64,000 nt of DNA from Fimbriosthenelais zetlandica. Lineage: Eukaryota. Position numbers and translations under genes: made by a program. The stretch lies in contig OZ365114.1 of the NCBI GenBank assembly GCA_977030845.1, positions 18,414,001 to 18,478,000 of the forward strand, read 5' to 3'. Shown one piece after another: positions 1 through 13,704 of the stretch (its first letter is position 1; each line of letters opens with the position of its first letter). The notes beneath the pieces are model-generated. The model saw only the letters and a program-made list of their open reading frames with translations. It ran no database searches and was not told where the DNA came from.

Positions 1-2149
1 GCCCATTTAATAAACAAGATGGGGGAAGGGGATGGGGGTGGTAAGCCCCCCTAGTCCCCTACTCCTCCGCCCCCACCCTGCCCCTTCCTGATGTGGCAAG
101 GTGACAGTACGACTGACCTAGATACTCTGCTTTTCTTTCCCGTCCTCCCACTTCAGTAGTCTGACTGAGGGAACCTCAATTAGTATAAGGCAGGGAAGAA
201 TACCCCATCTATCCTTATGAACCTGGCTTGTACTCTGAAGGGAGATTGCATTAGATGCGGGATGTTAAAATAACACTCTTGATAATGAAGTGTGATTAGG
301 AATTTCCATAATTTTCACATAAGACTCATCCATTAGAGGTGGTAACAATGGCCAAGAGTGTCTTTATATACACAATCTTCCTTTGTTGTCTTTGCCTCTG
401 TTCTTCTTCCTTTGAAGACGCAGTAGTTGCAGTTTAAGTTTAATCAAGTGCGGCCATACCGACCGCTCTTCTAAGCATACTTCTGCATTAGGGATTCCTG
501 AATCACGGTTGACCTCTGACACTAATCAACCCAGGATTGCCCTGTTTGACCTTGACCTAACCTCGGGCTGACCAGGGGGGTATTGCCCTCCTCCAGGGGG
601 AGTTTCCTGTCTTGATAAATGGGTCAGAGGTGAGGCAAAGTAACCTTGGTAAGCATGGTGGAGAAGGAAGGGCCTAAAGGGGAGGTCTTCATTCCCATCA
701 TGGAAACGTCAGATATTCGTGCCCGTCCTCTCCATACTAACCTCCCCACTCATAACTCAATGTGCAGTGACATCTAGTCTAACATGATGAATGATCAACT
801 ATCATGAAATATTATACTCTCAGCGGCACTATCTTTCTTCTGCCTCTGATTTGAAGGATGTTGGCAGTGTGATATAATACTACGCCGCCCGAAACTTTAT
901 GCCTCTAACAACTCATAAACACCCTGAACTCACCAACTAACTGAGGACACCCCCAAATAATCTGTTTTCCAAAAAGCCCAAGGGCAAGCCTGTCTGGGGC
1001 AGAATCGTTCAAAAAAGGTCTGGGTGGAGCCAATGAAGAACTTGTCAGCAGAATCAAATGCGAATGACATTTGTGTCCACCGATCTGCCTGTATAAGTGC
1101 CTTCATACAACCAGATAAGAAGTTCAGCCGGGCACCTCCCTAAGCTGGAATAAATAGCTGGTGTCTTTCTGGATCTAGGAGACTGGTTGACCGAAGTCCT
1201 GGTTGATCTGAGGGATGCAGCATGAGGTGTGATATCTCTATGGCAATGGTATCACCCAAGTCAATCCTGGATCTGCCGAGTTTCCGGCAGTGAACGAGGG
1301 TGTAGCTGTTGGTGGAGATGGAGCTGGTGGTGGTGGGTGTAGTCGGTCTTAAATCAGGTAAATCTATCACTGCAGCTGATGGCCTTATTCACTGGCTGTC
1401 CTTGGTCTACCACTTTATACATACTGACAGGACACAATGGAGTTAGGCCATCCGACATAGAGATGACATATTTTACAAATCGTTCATCCACCCGTCCCTT
1501 GATATCTGCCACAGCAGCTGAAAGTTTTCCCTTTGCCAGGGTGATGCACACCTTAGTCTTTTTATTAAAAAAAATAACTCACCAACCCTTGGTATAAATC
1601 GTATTGTTTAGGTCACTCACCTGAATAAAAGAAAAACGCAATGATAAAAATGCAATGATAAAATATGTGAACAACAATAGTGATATCGGGAAAGACCCTA
1701 AAAAAAGCCTAAACTTGAGAAAGTACCTTTTGGCATGCTTCATCTAGAGCGGGGTTCTCATCATTTATTATTCACTAATCTGCTGCTGATAATGATAATT
1801 CAACATAGAGCCATAATACACGATCCGTCAGCAGGATGTATAGGGAAGTGGTGGCCCTGTCTTCCACCCTCCAGCCCTATAGATGCCCTTCCTCCATAGA
1901 CCAACTGGCCTGCTGTCTTAGAGAAGGTCATTTAAGCTGACAGTCAATGATTTATCGTTGCATCAGAAAGAGGAAAATGGGATGGCGTTTCCAGAGGCAC
2001 CATCCCCAACTCTTATTTTCCTCTCTGTCTTTCTTCTGCGCCAATGAAGGCATTGTCTAGCCTAGCGACACATCCCATTGGCCTGACTTACATGATGTAT
2101 CGGTTCTATTTTGAAAAGCAGCCGTCCGGGGGAAATTCATAAATAACTC

Positions 2150-2700
2150 TGGCAAACGATGTTCAGCATTTATTACCGGATATGAATCACTGAGCTTGTA
2201 GGCCTAGAGCCCAAGTAGTCACTGAGACAAGAATTTTTTTGCAATTATCTCATACAATATTGTTCTACGGTTGATCAAGGCTTAACATTCTCTTAATTGC
2301 CAAGTGTAATTCCATCTTCATTCCGATCAAGTGAAGCATTAAGGTGAATAGCACATCCAATCAGCACCCATCACTCATTCTCTTTCATACAAACTATTCT
2401 ACCTGGTACTCGAATAACTGCTCGTCTGAATTAATTGATCCAGGATTGGCAAAGACCTGTATGCATAAACGAGGCTTCAACTCTTCAATTTCCTGGATCC
2501 TCCTCGAAAAATATGGAAATATATGCAGGGAAGATTCAGAAGGAGGGCTTTAGCCAGGAATCCAGGATTCTTTTCCTCTGCACCATGGAGGACACTGGTT
2601 GTGCAGGACATGCAAGAAGCCCAATTAATGTCCATCTACTCGATATTTCCCAAGCAGAGGCACTGGAACGACTAGGGAGGAGACAGTGTTGCCATGGTCC
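2150..2700 (+). mobile_element. Eroded DIRS-like retroelement remnant (RNase H / downstream MT-like region)
   Basis: Stop-interrupted frame reads ..SRIGKDLYA*TRL..SAPWRTLVVQDMQEAQLMSIYSIFPKQRHW, resembling the DIRS motifs DLFA and FPP-x-L..WPxQxW. Boundaries approximate. Confidence 0.3.
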
Positions 2701-5699
2701 GCTGAGCTATTTGGCTTATGTTATTCACAAAATGTCACTATAAGGTAGGCTTAACGGTCTCCCCGGTCCAGCCTGGTGGGGAGCCGGACCTGAGTCAGAC
2801 CCTCATACTCACTGCTTCCTATCTTAAGTCCTACCAATGGATGACGCCAGAGAGGTAACCAAAGACTTTAACAAGGGCATCCTCAACCTGGGCAGATATG
2901 CAGGGAACTGTGTGTACATGATCCCCAAATAAATTGCTTAATTTACATAGCAAACTCCACAGCAAGGTAGGAAAAGCCACATAATCCTCAAGACTGGTGA
3001 TCTTTTTTTTGTCTGCTCAAAGTTTGGGTAAGTCTATAAATCCTCTGACTACTGACAGATACAACGAGTCAGGCACATTTTAAATCTAAATAGGTCTTAT
3101 TTTAAGTCATATCTCGAATCATTTACATTGCACAGATGAGTGAGATACATATCTAGGATATAAGAAAAACAGCATGCATAAAGAAGCACTGAACTGCAGG
3201 TTTCCTCACTGCACAATTAACCGTGAAAATAATCACTATAGCTATCTAGTGTCTGCAATTGTCATCTCGCCCTATTACCGGGCAGTCTCCCTGGCATGAT
3301 CATTTGTAATAGAAACAGATAAAGCAATGAAGATGTACGAAGGAGGTGTGAGCAACTCCTTGTATCAATTATGGAAGAAACATATGAGTTGAAGGTCAGA
3401 GTTGTCACATCATTACACATCTACCTGGGCTTATTGGAAGAACTACTGCTATAATTCACACCTCCTTATGCTCTGCCTTCCTCCAACTAACCCTACAGCA
3501 GTCTAACCTTTCCACGGGTGTATGGATACATCATGGCAGGCCAGGGCTGAGCCCAATAAAATCTTGCCATTAATGAATATTTGCTATCATTACAATGCAA
3601 CGCACGAGGGCGTTTATATCATCACCTGAGCATCTATCTCATCTCCCCGTGGTATGTTGCGACATATGTAGCTCTCACCTCTACGGCTGGGCTGCAAGGC
3701 TTCAAAAGCCTGCATAAGCCCTGCCCATAGATCCCCTTGTGGGGAAGATAAATTTTCCATGTGAAAGTTAGCCGATGGAGGCAGGAGGTAATGGTTTACC
3801 TTGAGCGCTCAGGAGCCGAGCCAGGTGATCCATCTTCTTCATAACACTGACCCACACCTCCACGGCGCCGTGCCCAGAACACTCTGTACATATGCATGCT
3901 GCATCTCTGAGACCAAGCAATTCCATACATAGCAATGTTAGGACATAAGACAGCCATGTATAACATGTCTCTGCGTAAATGGTACTGCCAGGGGTAACTG
4001 CTTCTGTAAATGGTATAAGGAGAGGCCTGTGCTAGAGCATGAGGTAGAATAAAGCAATCGATTTCACCCCATGAACTATGCAGAGCCCTTCTTCTGAAGA
4101 GGAATGTATGGGAAAGGCAGTCCCATCCTAAGGGCAAGTATAAATTCTTTCTATTCAATATTGAAACATCAATGGTGAGGCATAGGCTCTTTGAAGACGT
4201 AAAACAACAAAGATTTGATAGGCCCTAAGGTGCAGTCATTTCAGCATAGTACATGTCTTGTTCTTCCTAAAGCTGTTATAATATTGTGGGAAGCTGCATA
4301 GAGGGGCGAGTCAAGCCCCACTGGTTGACCCAGCTAACACCACAACAGATTCATCCCCTGCCTGCCAGCCTGTGATCAGGGATCCAAAACTGATCCCATC
4401 CAGGACAAGATTAGACTTGCCAAAGCCACGCAGGATAAAGCCATCGATGATAACCCTTTGAACCAGCATCCCTAAATGAGTTTTGCTCTAGGGGACACAG
4501 GCAAGATTGTGGAGAGATCAATGTGTGGGATGATGAAATATTAGAGGCAGCCTCGTCTGTGTGGGGAGGACAATGAGACTATGTCAGGGGGAGGTAATAT
4601 ATAACATATTTAATCTGTACCTCCAGCAGTCCATGCCAGAATCAACATGGAGGAAGGAGCTGTCCATTCCTGCCTTATTGCCTGTGTATAAGTGGCCTGT
4701 ATTGGCATGAATAGAAAATCACCGCCGATGCCTCTGTATAAAAACGTCTTGTTTTCTTATACATCACACCTCAATAAAAAATTCAAGGCCCAATAACCCC
4801 AGCTTCTATGATAACCCGGCTAGGCCCCCATATAAATGATGTACGCATCTTGCAAAGCGGAATAAAAGGGTAGAGGTGACTTAACAAGTGGATGATGGTG
4901 GGTCGTTTCACGTTGCTTCTTTAAAATCACAATACCTATTTGCAGATAATTGCTTCGCCCACTGATACGCCGGAGTCTATTCAGAGTGAAAATGAAGCCG
5001 TCCATGCAAGCTCGCAATAGCTATTAGTGTTAACATCATTTTCGTGGATGTCTAATGCCGTGCGGCCAGGCTATTTGCTGCTACTCACTGGCTTTGGACT
5101 TTGGTATGTGAAAGGGATGGGGAGATTGTGAAAGCCAATGTGCATCCATTCTCTGCTAATGCAGAGTCAGGTGCTTCAGACACATGCAACTTTACCACTC
5201 ACCTGTGTGGCGTGGCATGGAATCACGATGAAGAAACTCAGGACATATCAATTAAAAGGACTCCCTTTCTTAAGATCTACATATACCTCTATCGAGGCTG
5301 TTCATTAAAGGCAGATGATTAATGAAAGGAAGACCTGCATGTGGTGTTGCCAGTGGGTTGGGCGGGGGTGTGTGTTATAAGCAGGTGATTTGGGAAAGGT
5401 TTCGTGTGGGGTGTGCATGCACGCTAACGTAATAGCAGTATAAAAGCATTGGGAACCAGACTGCCAGGCACCATATACATTGGCTCGTGGAAAAAAGGAT
5501 AGCCTTCCCCATTATTGAACAGTGGTTTCAGGGGAAGGACGTTTACTAGATCCTCTTTCAGATTTCTCACTGTTCCCATCTCCCTTTTTACCATTGCTTA
5601 CAGGTGGTCCTGGGGAGGGGTTTTAAGTGAAATTCATGTTATATGAATAACCCATTGACACTAACATGTAAATGGGGAGTACTCTCATGGAAGCCATAA

Positions 5700-6070
5700 A
5701 AAGTCGCTACACGAACATGTGCACACATTATGTACCATACCTTCAATCCTTTCAGACATTCCCATTGTGGCAAACAAGTCTCTTAATTGTTGCCATAGTT
5801 GATGCTTCTATTCTGATGATGAAAAAACAATTACCCAGCCACACACATGAAGTGACTTCAAGAGGAATTATTTATTTAGGTATTCTTCCCAAGGCATATA
5901 AGAAATATGTTTACTCAAATGATGAAGAAATCATAGTTTTTGAGAGTATCAGATGCATAAAACTTGTGGTTCAGCATATTGCAAATGCTATGGAACCTTG
6001 TGCTGTTCAGTCACAGAACACACAATCTGGACAAACAATATCAAGTCATCGTTCAGAGACTTGTCCATAA
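5700..6070 (-). mobile_element. Eroded Gypsy/Ty3 integrase remnant
   Basis: Frameshifted minus-strand translation gives IEASTMATIKRL / RDLFATMGMSERI, resembling the integrase segment T.STATI..LR.LFAT.G.PE.I. Confidence 0.35.
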
Positions 6071-9000
6071 ACATCCAGGATCCAGTCTGCATCTATATAT
6101 AACTGACCAGGCTCAACCATCGTTTCCCTGGCAGGGAGACAATATGCTAGGCATGGCTCCCATATACTAGTATAAGGAGGCGATCACCGCCCCAGTTTGT
6201 GATGATACTTCATTTTTATAGGAATTTATGATGTCATATGTCCAGAGACCTGCTTTATGTCAGCTGTCCTTCGTCAGGCAGATCTGGCTCTAGGCGTTTG
6301 GGTGATCGGAAAAGAGGTGGATGAATGGACGATGTAGTGAGAAAGGAATGGACGAAACAGTCCAAACATGTGAAAAAGATGTCATTTATGTATACATACA
6401 TATAGGGCCGGATAAATGAAAAAACGCATCAAACAAGGCCCAAACATCAGGCTCGGATTCAGACCACTGCACTTGCCATAGCATCCCTCACACTCACAAA
6501 AGCATTGATAGGTATTAGTAAAAAAAATAAAAGGTTCAGAAACTTATTTTTATCAATGTATATGTACGTATTGCCGATAAGGCAGATTGGGTCTGGATCC
6601 AGGCCTGAGAGAAGAACTGTGCAAGCAAGATCATTTTCCACCACCAGCATACGTCCTCGAGACAGGCATCGAATAACCACACAAGGCCAGATGGTGCCGA
6701 TAAACGATCCTCTCCTACAGTGCTAATTAAGGAGGTTCGGCTAAATAGCATGTTTGCTGAAAATTATCCTGGCATGGTGTTAAAAAGATAGTTGGTGCCA
6801 CCATGAGGGAGGCCATAGCTTGTCAAGTCACACCTCTGACACCTGGCCATATACACACCATAGGACTGAACCTTAACCTCACAAGGTCAACCAATGAAAG
6901 GGATCCGACACCAGGTGGTGTGCTGGGTGCGTAACCCCTGACCCTTCACACCTAGTCACGTGACATAATGGCGCCATCAAAATATGGTAGCGAGAAGACA
7001 TGCAACACTGACAGTCCCGACCCTTCTCCTCTGTCTAGACCCCACCTTCTGGATAGCATAAGTATCCACCTATTGCTTGCTTGTTCACTTAAGGGAATAT
7101 TTCCATGTAAAACATAAGGAATCACACCATATGGTTGAAGGAATTAAGTTTTGTTGAATGAATAAGGCAGGTGTTATGTAGTACAGAATGGTTTAACAGG
7201 GGTTGCCGCAATACTGAGTGAAAAAACTACCAGAGTCCTACCCGAACTGTCAGGATGGATGCAGTAATTCATTCGTCACTCATTCACTTTGTTCTCAGGA
7301 GAGGCCCGGTGAAAAACCCACTATAAATATTCTATATTCTCCCAGAGTAAAATCCACTCTTGCTTCTATTCTGTATGTAAATGGTTGACAACGTTCCATT
7401 GGTTGGGTACAGGAGGGGCTAACCTCGTTCATTGTCGCTCAGCAGGGAATGGTGGTGGTTGAAAGTGGTGCCTTTTTAGATCATTTCCGCCATAAATCAT
7501 TTGATGGTGAAACGGCTAAATTACTCTTAGACTGACCTTTAAGGTCACAATTCTCCCTGCAGCGACGACTAGCAACATACTCTATAGCTCATAACAGAAA
7601 GTATTCAATACATCATAGGTCTGAAAGGCTCCAGATCTGAGAAGAGATATATCAATAAATGGCCACTGCGACTTCCATTCCATTAACACAAGCCCTTTGG
7701 GACATGTACAAGGCTTTTTCCTGTCTTCATCCTTTGGCCTGACTCTTGGAAAAGCAATAATTCTTTTCTGTTAAATAGCTGACTACATGTAAAGTGAGAA
7801 TGTCAAATGTGAGAAGGCAAATAAAAAGCGGGTAACCTGTAGAGATTCAATGCGCAGAAGAAACTGATAAGGATCAGATTGCAGCAGGACATAACCTACC
7901 ACAAATGCCACTCTTGCTGTATGCTACAGTATATATCAGGAAGGACGGTCTCTTAAGACAACAGGCCACACTGGTTTATGGAAAAAAGTTTAATGAAAAA
8001 ACGATGGTGACAAACGGCTGACAACTCGTCATTTCACCATTATTTTCCACAGATAATCTTTTTTTATACTTCACTGATATTACTTTCTTTATATTAGAAG
8101 TGACAGCTTAAATTATGGCATTTACTTTTTCAGTCATTTCTCAGTGTTCCAGGGATATAATGGAGAAGGCCACATCCCATATGTTAGCTTCCAGATCTTA
8201 CAACGAAGGAGGGTATTCACATTTCCATCAAAAACATTGATAGACCTACTGGATAAGCAAGATTTATAAGGATGATCATGGTATAATATAAACCACAAAA
8301 TGACGGATTGCCAGCCTTTTTAAATTATCAATACGCAATTAAATTGGAAGCAATCGGCTTTTCGAAATTCCAAATTAGCATTTTTAGTCCATGTGAAAGC
8401 TCTTGATGAACCACATATCCACGAGTGCTCCTGAAACTGGATTCTGAGAAGCGACCTTTTGACGATACTTTCACCGACATCTAAGGCACGTAATAAAGGC
8501 GCCTGTGAAGGAGCTACTAAATAGATCTATGCAGAACCTCTCTAGTAGCAATCATTAGCAGGACTAATCCATTGATTTAGGAATTATGGACGGCTCTTCA
8601 ATCGTTTTGAACAAATTATTGCAGGCGCCTTCGTTCCCGGCACAGGCACATGATAATGATCTATGAAGCCTATAATTATATCTACTATTAGATACTGCTT
8701 ATTATTTCTTAATTAGCAATACCAGATACTCCTCAAACATCAGAATTATCTTGGGAAGAACCACCCCTCACTCGCTCTGCTCTGCCATCATGAAAATCAA
8801 TCGGCTAGGAAGGATAGCACAGAGGGTGAAATCAGGTTTGATTATCCATAATTGTGCCTTATTCCTACAATAAAATCAGCAATGAGGGCATAAATCACAT
8901 TTAGTGTTTCACACGCTCTTTGAGAGCCAGCCTCTGAAAAATACCCACCAAAACTGCCTGTGTGCGGGGTTGAGAGGTTAATAAATAATGTTCAGACTTG

Positions 9001-9484
9001 AATTTGCACCGAGCAGCCTATATCAACAATGCTATTCGTCTGACCACTCATGCCATGTTTACCACACTCAGGTCAACATCAACGTAGAATGGATGGGCGT
9101 GAGGCCTTGCATTGGATGGAAAAGATATTTATTATTTTTTTACCACTAGGCCACTCTCTTCCCTCTGACATCCCATTCCACTGACATCACATAACAGAAT
9201 CGACTGGGGTAAAAATAACGTGACCTTATTATAGATATGGATTATCAATCCTAATCAGAGAGTGCTTAGGGGATTTAGGACATAAAACTTCAGCCCGGAC
9301 GTGTTCTGGTTCGCAGGGTAAGCCCAGTTGCACCCAAGTATTTATGAGACGCGGTATAAAAAGATCTTTGGGCACCAATAATGTCCTGAGCCATACAAAA
9401 CGGTGCAGAATTCGCAACAGTTCGCCAACCTGAACAGCTACAGATACTCCAAATGTGGAGCAAAGACTGAAGACATTCAGTTTT

Positions 9485-9625
9485 ATGGAAATGAGCGAAC
9501 GAGAAATCCGGTATCAGAAACTCGAGTTTTTACTAAACAAGTGGAGCAATTACACCTCGTATATCCTGGGCCATATGGGACCTCAGAAAGAGGAAGAGAG
9601 GAAAAACGTGGAGGACAAAGTATAA
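9485..9625 (+). pseudogene. HELLS: HELLS/LSH (DDM1-family) N-terminal helix fragment, copy 1 (46-aa mini-ORF)
   Basis: Translates to MEMSEREIRYQKLEFLLNKWSNYTSYILGHMGPQKEEERKNVEDKV*. Aligns with human HELLS [35 protein letters not shown] (recalled from memory). Confidence 0.75.
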
Positions 9626-9778
9626 TATAATGTCTAAGGCTGTAGCAAAACGTGGTGGACTTGGGTAAATATAATGTGCCTTTATTATACATATGGATGC
9701 AGAAATTGCAACAGTTCGCCAACCTGAACAGCTACAGATACTCCAAATGTGGAGCAAAGTCTGAAGACAGTATGTTCT

Positions 9779-9895
9779 ATGGAAATGAGCGAACGAGAGT
9801 ATCAGAAACTCGAGTTTTTGCTAAGTAAATCGAGCGCATACACCTCGTACATCCTGGGCCATATGGAATGCCAGAAAGAGGAAGAGAGGAAATAG
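9779..9895 (+). pseudogene. HELLS: HELLS/LSH N-terminal helix fragment, copy 2 (38-aa mini-ORF)
   Basis: Translates to MEMSEREYQKLEFLLSKSSAYTSYILGHMECQKEEERK*. LLSKSSAYT..L..ME.Q.EEE.K matches the HELLS pattern [14 protein letters not shown].LEEQK. Confidence 0.78.
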
Positions 9896-10874
9896 GTGGA
9901 GATAATGTAAAAAAAAAAAGCAAATGAAAGCACTGGTGGAGGATAAAGTACCGTCTAAGGCTACAGCAACATGAAACAAATGCTTCCCCAGGTGCTAAAA
10001 TTACTTTTGACTTGGGTAAATATAATGTGACCTTATTATACATATGGATGCAGAAATCGCAACAGTTCGCCAATCTGAACAGCTACAGATACTCCAAATG
10101 TGGAGCAAAGTCTGAAGACATTAAGTTCTATGATAATGAGTGAACGAGAAATGTATCAGAAACTATACTGATATACTGCAGTAATATGATATATATGAAA
10201 TATACTGCAGTAAAATATATAATGGAAGTCAGTCTGAAGTGGCAATAATGGTAGCTAAAGATCATATGACTCAACAATGGTGCTTATGTTATAACCTTTA
10301 CCGAAATCCATGGTAACATATATCTATGTGATTAAGTTTAGTGTGAGAAAATTTGATTACATATTAGTTGGGAGTCTACTTTAAAAACTGGTTTGAGGGC
10401 AATGATAACGGGACGTCAGTTAGAACTGTAATGGATGTTTCTTGCCTTGGTAGAGTTGGTAAATCTATTATTATTCCACCACTGTATATCTAGAATAGGT
10501 ATAGTAAGTAAAGCATTGGGCAATTTCATTTTTAGTCATATATACCCCATAGATACTGCTGTTCAGTTGGTTATGTCATTTTTTAAGAAGTTACAATAAA
10601 ATAGGCCTACAGGTCATTACATTCAGGCTGAAAAAAAACACTGTAAGGCATCAGCAAGACCAACAGAGTTAGCCAACCTCAAAGCTCTTTATTCAACATC
10701 AAGCCAATTGCGAGTACAATCCAATCAACAAGCTGATTGGAAATATTTCTCTCAGCTAGAGAAGAAGAAAAAGACAAGATAGAGTCTGTGTCTTTTTTTA
10801 GCCAACTTTTACAGTCCTGGCATATTATCGACTTTGCGAGTCTGTATCTCAGCTTCTAAATGTAATGGGTTCAG

Positions 10875-11024
10875 GTCCTCAGTCCTACAGATCTCAGACA
10901 GCTACTGGACCGATCAGGGCTCCATGATGGAGAAAAGGCAGGCCTGGCAAAAAAGAAACTCGCTGCCAGTTCCGAAAAAACAGAAGGTGTGGAGGGGGTT
11001 TTTAAAGTCCTGGAAGAGGATGAT
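10875..11024 (+). pseudogene. HELLS: HELLS/LSH extreme C-terminal exon fragment, copy 1
   Basis: After a putative acceptor (gggttcag|GTC) it reads VLSPTDLRQLLDRSGLHDGEKAGLAKKKLAASSEKTEGVEGVFKVLEEDD. Compare human HELLS VISDKDLELLLDRSDL...GIFKILE (recalled from memory). The frame stays open to 11183. Confidence 0.78.
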
Positions 11025-11741
11025 ATACTGATATACTGCAGTAATATGATATATGATATATATGAAATATACTGCAGTAAAATATATAATGGAAGTCAGT
11101 CTGAAGTGGCAATAATGGTAGCTAAAGATCAGATGACTCAACAATGGTGCTTATGTTATAACCTTTACCGAAATCCATGGTAACATATATCGATGTGATT
11201 AAGTTTAGTGTGAGAAAATTTGATTACATATTAGTTGGGAGTCTACTTTAAAAACTGGTTTGAGGGCAATCATAGCGGGACGTCAGTTGGAACTGTAATG
11301 GATGTTTCTTGCCTTGGTAGAGTTGGTAAATCTATTATTATTCCTCCACTGTATATCTAGAATAGGTATAGTAAGTAAAGCATTGGGCAATTTCATTTTT
11401 AGTCATATATACCCCATAGATACTGCTGTTCAGTTGGTTATGTCATTTTTTAAGAAGTTACAATAAAATAGGCCTACAGGTCATTACATTCAGGCTGAAA
11501 AAAAACACTGTAAGGCATCAGCAAGACCAACAGAGTTAGCCAACCTCAAAGCTCTTTATTCAACATCAAGCCAATTGCGAGTACAATCCAATCAACAAGC
11601 TGATTGGAAATATTTCTCTTAGCTAGAGAAGAAGAAAAAGACAAGATAGAGTCTGTGTCTTTTTTTAGCCAACTTTTACAGTCCTGGCATATTATCGACT
11701 TTGCGAGTCTGTATCTCAGCTTCTAAATGTAATGGGTTCAG

Positions 11742-11891
11742 GTCCTCAGTCCTACAGATCTCAGACAACTACTGGACCGATCAGGGCTCCATGATGGAGA
11801 AAAGGCAGGCCTGGCAAAAAAGAAACTCGCTGCCAGTTCCGAAAAAACAGAAGGTGTGGAGGGGGTTTTTAAAGTCCTGGAAGAGGATGAT
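11742..11891 (+). pseudogene. HELLS: HELLS/LSH C-terminal exon fragment, copy 2
   Basis: Same 50-aa translation as copy 1, with a synonymous cag>caa change. The frame stays open to 12050. Confidence 0.78.
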
Positions 11892-12602
11892 ATACTGATA
11901 TACTGCAGTAATATGATATATGATATATATGAAATATACTGCAGTAAAATATATAATGGAAGTCAGTCTGAAGTGGCAATAATGGTAGCTAAAGATCAGA
12001 TGACTCAACAATGGTGCTTATGTTATAACTTTTACCAAAATCCATGGTAACATATATCGATGTGATTAAGTTTAGTGTGAGAAAATTTGATTACATATTA
12101 GTTGGGAGTCTACTTTAAAAACTGGTTTGAGGGCAATGATAACGGGACGTCAGTTGGAACTGTAATGGATGTTTCTTGCCTTGGTAGAGTTGGTAAATCT
12201 ATTATTATTCCACCACTGTATATCTAGAATAGGTATAGTAAGTAAAGCATTGGGCAATTTCATTTTTATATACCCCATAGATACTGCTGTTCAGTTGGTT
12301 ATGTCATTTTTTAAGAAGTTACAATAAAATAGGCCTACAGGTCATTACATTCAGGCTGAAAAAAAACACTGTAAGGCATCAGCAAGACCAACAGAGTTAG
12401 CCAACCTCAAAGCTCTTTATTCAACATCAAGCCAATTGCGAGTACAATCCAATCAACAAGCTGATTGGAAATATTTCTCTTAGCTAGAGAAGAAGAAAAA
12501 GACAAGATAGAGTCTGTGTCTTTTTTTAGCCAACTTTTACAGTCCTGGCATATTATCGACTTTGCGAGTCTGTATCTCAGCTTCTAAATGTAATGGGTTC
12601 AG

Positions 12603-12752
12603 GTCCTCAGTCCTACAGATCTCAGACAACTACTGGACCGATCAGGGCTCCATGATGGAGAAAAGGCAGGCCTGGCAAAAAAGAAACTCGCTGCCAGTTC
12701 CGAAAAAACAGAAGGTGTGGAGGGGGTTTTTAAAGTCCTGGAAGAGGATGAT
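12603..12752 (+). pseudogene. HELLS: HELLS/LSH C-terminal exon fragment, copy 3
   Basis: Same 50-aa translation. The frame stays open to 12902, with an in-frame 9-nt deletion downstream of EEDD. Confidence 0.78.
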
Positions 12753-13554
12753 ATACTGATATACTGCAGTAATATGATATATGATATATACTGCAGTAAA
12801 ATATATAATGGAAGTCAGTCTGAAGTGGCAATAATGGTAGCTAAAGATCAGATGACTCAACAATGGTGCTTATGTTATAACTTTTACCGAAATCCATGGT
12901 AACATATATCGATGTGATTAAGTTTAGTGTGAGAAAATTTGATTACATATTAGTTGGGAGTCTACTTTAAAAACTGGTTTGAGGGCAATGATAACGGGAC
13001 GTCAGTTGGAACTGTAATGGATGTTTCTTGCCTTGGTAGAGTTGGTAAATCTATTATTATTCCACCACTGTATATCTAGAATAGGTATAGTAAGTAAAGC
13101 ATTGGGCAATTTCATTTTTATATACCCCATAGATACTGCTGTTCAGTTGGTTATGTCATTTTTTAAGAAGTTACAATAAAATAGGCCTACAGGTCATTAC
13201 ATTCAGGCTGAAAAAAAACACTGTAAGGCATCAGCAAGACCAACAGAGTTAGCCAACCTCAAAGCTCTTTATTCAACATCAAGCCAATTGCGAGTACAAT
13301 CCAATCAACAAGCTGATTGGAAATATTTCTCTCAGCTAGAGGCTGACGGAGTAGATGGAGGTGGGCGGGGAGACCTTGAGCAGGAGCCGGTTGTAAGCAA
13401 AAATACTGAATTGTTAAATTTTCTTGAAAATTATATTCTAAGTTTACATTACTTTTACGTCTCAAATGCCCCATCTTTCGCGAAATTTCCCATAAATTTC
13501 CATATTATCGACTTTGCGAGTCTGTATCTCAGCTTCTAAATGTAATGGGTTCAG

Positions 13555-13704
13555 GTCCTCAGTCCTACAGATCTCCGACAGCTACTGGACCGATCAGGGC
13601 TCCATGATGGAGAAAAGGCAGGCCTGGCAAAAAAGAAACTCGCTGCCAGTTCCGAAAAAACAGAAGGTGTGAAGGGGGTTTTTAAAGTCCTGGAAGAGGA
13701 TGAT
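13555..13704 (+). pseudogene. HELLS: HELLS/LSH C-terminal exon fragment, copy 4
   Basis: Same translation except E40K, plus a synonymous aga>cga change. Preceded by a longer AT-rich intron-like stretch (about 13408-13554). The frame stays open to 13863. Confidence 0.76.

Larger units (their letters stand above)
9202..10163 (+). repeat. Three diverged direct repeats (starts 9202, 9658, 10009) carrying a HELLS-like N-terminal exon
   Basis: The shared block gact(t/g)gggtaaa..ttattata(c/g)atatgg..tgcagaa..caacagttcgccaa(c/t)ctgaacagctacagatactccaaatgtggagcaaag..gtatcagaaac occurs three times. Copy 1 has an extra 162 bp (9242-9403). Copy 3 is truncated at 10163. Confidence 0.95.

Noticed and set aside
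960-1570. Minus-strand DIRS or Crypton remnant (GGARLNFLSG.., TPLCPVSMY)
   Set aside because: Two weak motif hints that are not in a consistent domain order; too ambiguous to call.
3796-4158. Merlin/ISXO2 transposase hint (AVTPGSTIYAE)
   Set aside because: A single short motif with no support from flanking sequence.
6970-7000. LTR primer-binding site (TGGTAGCGAG)
   Set aside because: No paired LTR or downstream gag/pol could be identified.
8150-8480. LINE RT trace (VKVSSKGRFSESSFRSTRG)
   Set aside because: One weak motif only.
13288-13539. 83-aa ORF as additional HELLS coding sequence
   Set aside because: It spans junction B, joining the antisense of an L1-like remnant to intron-like DNA, and shows no HELLS similarity.
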